Assembly (NCBI GenBank): GCA_938033385.1
Contig: CALHJX010000368.1
Coordinates: 1-37,148, forward strand
Direction of reading: 5' to 3'
Origin: an uncultured Collinsella sp.
GTDB taxonomy: Bacteria > Actinomycetota > Coriobacteriia > Coriobacteriales > Coriobacteriaceae
Length of the DNA stretch: 37,148 nucleotides
This document shows positions 31,710 to 37,148 of this stretch, piece after piece. Under the pieces are notes generated by a model. It saw only the letters and a list, made by a program, of their open reading frames with translations, did not search any database and had not been told where the DNA came from. A program made the translations under genes and the position numbers. Within the stretch, counting starts at the first letter, position 1; every line of letters begins with the position of its first letter.

Positions 31710-32714
31710 ATGGACTGCGATGGCTACCCATGCGTTCCCATGCCGTTGATGTGCACCGCCTTTGTGCCGGGGCAGATTGACGCTGCGGTTGCAGGCATTT
31801 CCGACCCCGATTCGCGCGCCATTGCCACGGCAGAAGCGCTGTACTTTCGCGGACAGGCCGCCCTCGCTGCCAAGACGGCGCGCCCCTATCTTGACGTCAC
31901 CGATCCCGCGCTGCGCTATTCCGCATGCTTTATCTGCGGATACGCCAGCCTGTCGCTCAACCGTATCGCCGACGCCCGCCGGTGCCTTGCTGGCATCCTC
32001 GATACGCCGGCTGACGAGGAGTCGCCCGCCGTCCACGCCACACATATCCTGTTCGCCTCGGCCGCGAGCGTCCTGCTGCACTTGCCTTCCCCGTATTCCG
32101 CCGAAGAGTTTTATCCGCTTGCGGCGCATCTGCCCGAAGGCCTGCGCCTGTTCGCCAGTTACGTGATGGCGCATGCCCTGTACCTGCGCGGCGAATATGG
32201 CCGCAGCCTAGGCATGGCGGAAAACGCCCTGATCATGAAACAGGGAAGCTATCCGATCTCGGAACTGTTCCTGCACCTGGCAGCTTCCATGGCATGCATG
32301 AGCCTCAAGGACATCGGCGCCGCAAAAACGCACTTCGGAGCTGCTTGGAACATTGCGCGCCCCGACGGCCTTATTGAGCTCATTGGCGAGCATCACGGCC
32401 TTTTACAGGGGCTTATCGAGGCATGCCTAAAATCGCAATACCCTGACGATTTCGCGCGCATTATCGAAATCACGTATCGATTCAGCTACGGCTGGCGGCG
32501 CATCCACAACCCCGATTCGGGCGAGGACGTGGCTGACGACCTGACGACCACAGAGTTCACCATGGCCATGCTCGCCTGCCGTGGGTGGACCAATGCCGAA
32601 ATCGCTCGTCATATGGGCGTGTCGCCGGGCACCGTTAAAAATCGGCTGTCCAACGTGTATGCAAAGCTTGGCATCGGCACGCGCACCGAACTGGTCGCGC
32701 ATATGCTGCGTTAG
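31710..32714 (+). CDS. LuxR-type HTH regulator with helical (TPR-like) N-terminal region
   Basis: C-terminal LTTTEFTMAMLACRGWTNAEIARHMGVSPGTVKNRLSNVYAKLGI; no receiver domain; ATG 31710 after GGGAG, TACAAT at 31670. Confidence 0.9.
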   Translation: MDCDGYPCVPMPLMCTAFVPGQIDAAVAGISDPDSRAIATAEALYFRGQAALAAKTARPYLDVTDPALRYSACFICGYASLSLNRIADARRCLAGILDTPADEESPAVHATHILFASAASVLLHLPSPYSAEEFYPLAAHLPEGLRLFASYVMAHALYLRGEYGRSLGMAENALIMKQGSYPISELFLHLAASMACMSLKDIGAAKTHFGAAWNIARPDGLIELIGEHHGLLQGLIEACLKSQYPDDFARIIEITYRFSYGWRRIHNPDSGEDVADDLTTTEFTMAMLACRGWTNAEIARHMGVSPGTVKNRLSNVYAKLGIGTRTELVAHMLR

Positions 32715-32764
32715 CGGCCAGACTGTCTAGCGCAGCATGCGCGCTCCGGAGCCCCGGCGCTTCG

Positions 32765-32841
32765 CTCGCTCAAATTGGACATTTTGGCCCTCGGACGGCA
32801 CTACCGTGACAGGATGCCTTCTCGCAAAATTGGATTATTTC
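32765..32841 (+). promoter_or_regulatory. Direct repeats upstream of the large surface-protein gene
   Basis: CTCGCTCAAATTGGACATTTT (32765) and CTCGCAAAATTGGATTATTTC (32821); the AAATTGGA cores are 55 bp apart. Confidence 0.5.
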
Positions 32842-32870
32842 CACCGATACCTGCGGGATGGGAGCCAAAG

Positions 32871-35800
32871 ATGCTTGATCGCCGTTCGTTACTTGTTGCC
32901 GGAGCGTCCTCGCTGGCGAGCATTATGTTGCCGCGCGTGCCGGGAAGCGCAAACGCCTTCATATTGCCGTTCGTGGCTACCGAAGCCTATGCCGACGAAA
33001 AAGACCCCTTCAGGGTGCTCGTTCTCTCGCGCACCATGTTTGGTGTGGTCGTGGTCGACGTCGCCAACAAGAATATGCCCATCAAGGGAGCCCAGGTCAC
33101 GCTCGCGTCGCGTTATGCCGCGGGCAAGCAGCTCACCGCCACGACCGACGACGAGGGCACGGCCATCTTTGAGATCGCGCCGCTTTCGGAAGGCTACGTG
33201 GACGAGGCGACGCTTCTCGACGCGTACGACTTTAACGGCGGCATCTCCATTAGCATGGCGGGCTACCGTGATGTCGAGATTCCCCTTGCGCGTATCCAGG
33301 GCGGCACCGCTATTACCGCGCCCACACGTCCGCTCTCCGATGGCGAGCCGTACTTTCGACAGCTCACGTTCGACGAATGGGACATCCAGTACGCCGACGC
33401 CACGTTTATGGCATTGCCGAAGGACGACACGGCAAACGAGCACCCCGATACGCATGCCTTTACCGTGCAGGCACATCTGCCACAGGGTGGACAGGCAACG
33501 CTGCGCATCAACAAAGTGACGCATGCTGCGGGCAGCTCACCCGAAACCGTCACGCAGATCGGCCAGATCAAGGCCAGCGCATCGGGCGCGGATAATCTGG
33601 CAACGTTCACACTCGAAGACACGTTCCTCGATGCGGCATCGGGCCTTCTGGAAGAAGGGTGCAAGCTGCGCTTTGTCCTCGACTACCAGGGCAAAACCTA
33701 CACGCTCTCATCCCCTATGGCCGTTGTCACCGCGCCGGCCGCAAAGGCGGAATCGGGCTCGACCACCATCATTCCCACCACCATGGACCAAGAGGTCACT
33801 CCGTTTGATTTCCCCGCGGCGTTTCCCGGCATCGGTGGTAATAAGTTCACGTGTTGGATGCCCACATTTCCAATCCTCTTCGATTTCTCGTTTGCTGGAT
33901 ACGTGCTGTTTGGCGGAGGATACAAACCAGCCAGCTATATGAACGATTCGGGCAACCCTGATCCGGAATACTGGAAGAAATCGCCGCGCGAGTCGGGCGC
34001 CAAGCAGGCAAACCGCTACCTCGACGAGATGGAGGGGAAGTGGAATCAGTACAAGAGTATGAGTGCCGGATCGGGCACCGATCCAAGAAACACCAAACTC
34101 CTTCGCCACCATTGCACGCCGCTGTTCACGATGGATATCGCCACACAGCTGTACGGCTCGCTCGCCTACGATTGGGTGGGCAAAACCTGGGGTAACAACA
34201 ACGACCCCGCATACGGCAATATTAAGGCCCTCTTCCAGGTAAGAACCGACCTCAATTGGACCGAGCAGTTTACCCTAGGACCGGTGCCGTTTTTCCTAAA
34301 CGTCAACCCCTGGGTGTTGGCGAAGCTGGCGCTCGCCGTGGGTGCCCACACGCACGGCAGCGGCGCGGCGTTTTTTAAAAACATTTCGCTCGACTATTCC
34401 AACACGTCGGGCTCATTCACTATCCAGATCGGGCTCGCCGTCACCTTTGGCGCCGGCGTTGCAGGCGTCGCTTCGTCTGCCGTGCGTGGCGCCGCGTCCC
34501 TCACACTGTTCATTGGATACGAGAAGGCGGACGGCCACCAGCTTCCGCGGCTGCGCGTGGGTGCAGACGTCGATGTCGATGTGATACTCCAGTTCGTAAT
34601 GTTCAAGTGGACCACCAAGGCTTGGTCGGGGTCGTGGCCCACACTCCTCGATTCGTGGAATATGTCGGTGAACAATGGCGACCAGTATGTGCTCCAGCGC
34701 TCTGAGCTCGCATTGGGTGGAGATACGCCTTATACGCTGGATGCCTGCTTCGGCTCGGCCGGCAACATTGAGGCGGGCGGCGTGCCGCAATTTATCGCAT
34801 CGGCCACCATCGTCACCAACGCCGAACTGCTCGCACGCGCCGAGGTTAAGGCCACTGCCGTAAACGCCGCGCCTGTCGTGCGCGATTGGGATCAAGCGGT
34901 CACGCGCATTGAGCTCGAGGCGGATGCAGAAAGCGACGACACAGGACAGGTTGAGCATTTCGTCCACGCACTGATGGGAAACGACGAAAACGCCGCACCG
35001 ATGTATGAGTACACCTATATCGGGCAGGCGACGAACGCCGTTGCGGACCCCAACGCCAATTCTGCCGGCGTGTCGGAGGACGAGCGTGGCGGCATAAAAC
35101 CCTCGAGCGACAACGTGCTGTTTTCCGGCGTGCTCAGCGAAGCCCACATGAAGCTAACGATGATTGCCGGCGTGGATTGCCTATTCCGTATCGCCTCGGT
35201 GCGCTACGGCGAGAATGGTCGTTCGCGCCTGGTGGTGCATACAAAGACGAACGGCACGTGGTCCGCTCCCACGCCCGTGGACTTCCCCCTTGGGTTTGGC
35301 GAGGGCGACGTGGAGCGCGACGGCATATACGATTACGACTTCGACGTGGTGGAATATAAGGACGGAAGAGGAAACCAGGACGCCTACGTGCTGCTGGTCT
35401 CGGGCGAGCGCCCCGACGGCGACAACACTTTTTTCGATACGGCAAGCACAGCCGGCATACTGTCCGTTGTGCGCCTGCGCATAAGCAACGACGGAGTTCG
35501 CGTGATATCGCACACGTCGTGGCGCAGCATCTCGCGCGGCCGCCTTCAGGAGGATGGCTATCATTGCCTGCAGTGCCCGCGTATCACGGTGGGCAAGACG
35601 CTGATCGACGGACGTCTGTCGGGCGCCTACCTCCACCGCCGCGGAGCCACCGCAGAGAAGGCGCTCGGCAGCGAGGCCGAGGTTGCGCTGGAATGCTTTA
35701 CCCTGTGGTCGGACGTTTCGGGCGACAGCCTGACGTTCCGCCAGATTCTCCGCTTTCCGCAGGCACCGTCGAGTATCGAGCTGGGCACGCCCGAGAATAT

Positions 35801-37148
35801 CAACGGCAAAATGGTGGTGCCCGTTGCATACGAGACTGCAGGCGGTTGTGGCTGTGCATCGTACGCCGTGATCGGCCAGTCCATTGCGGGTTGGGGCGTT
35901 ATGTCGCCAGATGCCACAGTACCCCACGCGGTGCCGTGGCCGCAGCACACGGGCTTTTTGGCTACCGTCAACGAGCAGCTGCAGCATATTACTTGGGCAC
36001 GAGGCGCATCGGCATTTGCAACGCAGCCCGTGGGTGCCGCAGGCTGTGGCCCGGCATCGTTTAGCGTAAGCAACAACGGCAGGTGCGTGCTCTATGTAGA
36101 GAACACCGATGGCAAGGTGGGACAGACCTACGACGAAGAAGGCAACCCGGTTGCAGTGATGGGCAAGCACTTCCGCATCTTCGCCAGCACCTTGGCAGGC
36201 GATCTGTTTACGGAGCCGTTCGTGATGTGCGAGCTGGACCATCCCGTCGATCAGATAACGACATTTTTGACGTCGGGGAGCATGCTCTCCGCGCTCGCCA
36301 CGCACATTGTGAGCGCGGAGAAGAGCGAGGCAGAGCTGCACGGCATCGAAGTGCCCTTGGTGGCGTGTGCCACTCCGACGGGCGCGGTCGCCACCTCGGG
36401 CGCGGTGGTGCCCGGAGCAGCAGGCGAATCCTTCATGGTCACGGTGCGAAACGACGGCAACACCTTGCTGACCGCCGGCACGATCGATCTGTACCGAGAG
36501 GGCTCCAGCCAGCCGTTCTCCAGCGCTTCCATCGGATTCGGACTGAACGCACGCATGGCTTCAATCTACGATCCAGAGCTTGCCGAGGACGCTTCGGCCA
36601 ACGACATGGCACACGTGAAGTACGCGCTCGAGACGCTGGGCGCACGTTTTGCAACGCACCCGCTGGTAGCCGACAACGGCAACGCCGTGCTGGCACCGGG
36701 TTGCACGGCACAGTTCCGCATGAGCTTCGCCATCCCCGAGAGCTGGAGCAACGAAGTGGGCAAACGCGTAACGCTGTATGCGAAGGCGCGTAATCTGGTG
36801 GCGCTCGATCCCGTAACGCTCGAGGAAATTCGACCGGGCGCGAACTCGGCGCTGGGTGCCGTACTGCACGAGCTTCATGTGCCCGACGCGGCATGCGAAC
36901 GCTCAGAAGTTCAGGTCGGCGTATGCGACAACGCGGATACGACGGGGCTTCACGATGCACCGATGACGGTCGACGGCGAGGGCGGCACGAGTGGAGGTGG
37001 CTCCGGCGGAAGCAGCTCCGGTAGCGGCAGTGGCTCCGGCAGTGGCAAGGACCACGGCAATAGCAAGCGCTCCGGAAAAGCGGGCGCGCTTGCGGGCACG
37101 GGCGATGTCAACGCTCCCCTTACGGCAGCCGCTGCAGCACTCGCCGCG
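32871..37148 (+). CDS. Large (>1426 aa) surface protein with Tat-like signal and sortase-like LAGTG anchor; runs off the window
   Basis: Open frame from ATG 32871 (GGGAG RBS): MLDRRSLLVAGASSLAS...TEAYA|DEKDPF... through a Gly/Ser linker, then KAGA-LAGTGD-VNAPLTAAAAALAA. The ORF track lists no stopped ORF in this frame, consistent with it being open to the window end. Confidence 0.9.
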   Translation, partial: MLDRRSLLVAGASSLASIMLPRVPGSANAFILPFVATEAYADEKDPFRVLVLSRTMFGVVVVDVANKNMPIKGAQVTLASRYAAGKQLTATTDDEGTAIFEIAPLSEGYVDEATLLDAYDFNGGISISMAGYRDVEIPLARIQGGTAITAPTRPLSDGEPYFRQLTFDEWDIQYADATFMALPKDDTANEHPDTHAFTVQAHLPQGGQATLRINKVTHAAGSSPETVTQIGQIKASASGADNLATFTLEDTFLDAASGLLEEGCKLRFVLDYQGKTYTLSSPMAVVTAPAAKAESGSTTIIPTTMDQEVTPFDFPAAFPGIGGNKFTCWMPTFPILFDFSFAGYVLFGGGYKPASYMNDSGNPDPEYWKKSPRESGAKQANRYLDEMEGKWNQYKSMSAGSGTDPRNTKLLRHHCTPLFTMDIATQLYGSLAYDWVGKTWGNNNDPAYGNIKALFQVRTDLNWTEQFTLGPVPFFLNVNPWVLAKLALAVGAHTHGSGAAFFKNISLDYSNTSGSFTIQIGLAVTFGAGVAGVASSAVRGAASLTLFIGYEKADGHQLPRLRVGADVDVDVILQFVMFKWTTKAWSGSWPTLLDSWNMSVNNGDQYVLQRSELALGGDTPYTLDACFGSAGNIEAGGVPQFIASATIVTNAELLARAEVKATAVNAAPVVRDWDQAVTRIELEADAESDDTGQVEHFVHALMGNDENAAPMYEYTYIGQATNAVADPNANSAGVSEDERGGIKPSSDNVLFSGVLSEAHMKLTMIAGVDCLFRIASVRYGENGRSRLVVHTKTNGTWSAPTPVDFPLGFGEGDVERDGIYDYDFDVVEYKDGRGNQDAYVLLVSGERPDGDNTFFDTASTAGILSVVRLRISNDGVRVISHTSWRSISRGRLQEDGYHCLQCPRITVGKTLIDGRLSGAYLHRRGATAEKALGSEAEVALECFTLWSDVSGDSLTFRQILRFPQAPSSIELGTPENINGKMVVPVAYETAGGCGCASYAVIGQSIAGWGVMSPDATVPHAVPWPQHTGFLATVNEQLQHITWARGASAFATQPVGAAGCGPASFSVSNNGRCVLYVENTDGKVGQTYDEEGNPVAVMGKHFRIFASTLAGDLFTEPFVMCELDHPVDQITTFLTSGSMLSALATHIVSAEKSEAELHGIEVPLVACATPTGAVATSGAVVPGAAGESFMVTVRNDGNTLLTAGTIDLYREGSSQPFSSASIGFGLNARMASIYDPELAEDASANDMAHVKYALETLGARFATHPLVADNGNAVLAPGCTAQFRMSFAIPESWSNEVGKRVTLYAKARNLVALDPVTLEEIRPGANSALGAVLHELHVPDAACERSEVQVGVCDNADTTGLHDAPMTVDGEGGTSGGGSGGSSSGSGSGSGSGKDHGNSKRSGKAGALAGTGDVNAPLTAAAAALAA

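Noticed and set aside
36979..37050. GGC/AGC-rich tandem DNA repeat
   Set aside because: It encodes the Gly/Ser linker of the surface protein and is not an independent element.
32737..37148. Many short ORFs on both strands
   Set aside because: All are explained as alternative frames of the single long plus-strand CDS starting at 32871.

Overview
High-GC Actinomycetota chromosome segment. Gene content and style suggest Coriobacteriia, Collinsella-like; this is an inference. Bases 1-27.5 kb are mostly housekeeping, transport and regulatory genes: rlmA-like methyltransferase, MATE, LysR/DMT, ung, prfC, GntR-ABC, ClC, LOG, K+ channel, two hybrid histidine kinases, MalY/PatB, trmO, glutaredoxin, Dus and a MacB-like ABC. 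From about 27.6 kb, just after a tRNA/tmRNA-like 3' remnant and terminator, the region looks accessory. It holds a CXXC-peptide / 4Fe-4S membrane protein / TlpA operon, a two-component system whose regulator has an in-frame TGA, and a LuxR-type regulator ahead of a >1426-aa protein with both a Tat-like signal and a sortase-like motif. Three real CDSs are missing from the ORF track: 1-711, 29583-29729 and 32871->37148. Best candidate for an undescribed system: a preQ1-I-like riboswitch controlling a YhhQ/VUT transporter translationally coupled to an NAD-type SDR dehydrogenase, possibly a new queuine salvage route. A family of REP-like palindromes (4 copies) conserves structure and a GGGAC core while its flanks covary. 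No CRISPR array, rRNA, intact tRNA, integrase or transposase was seen.
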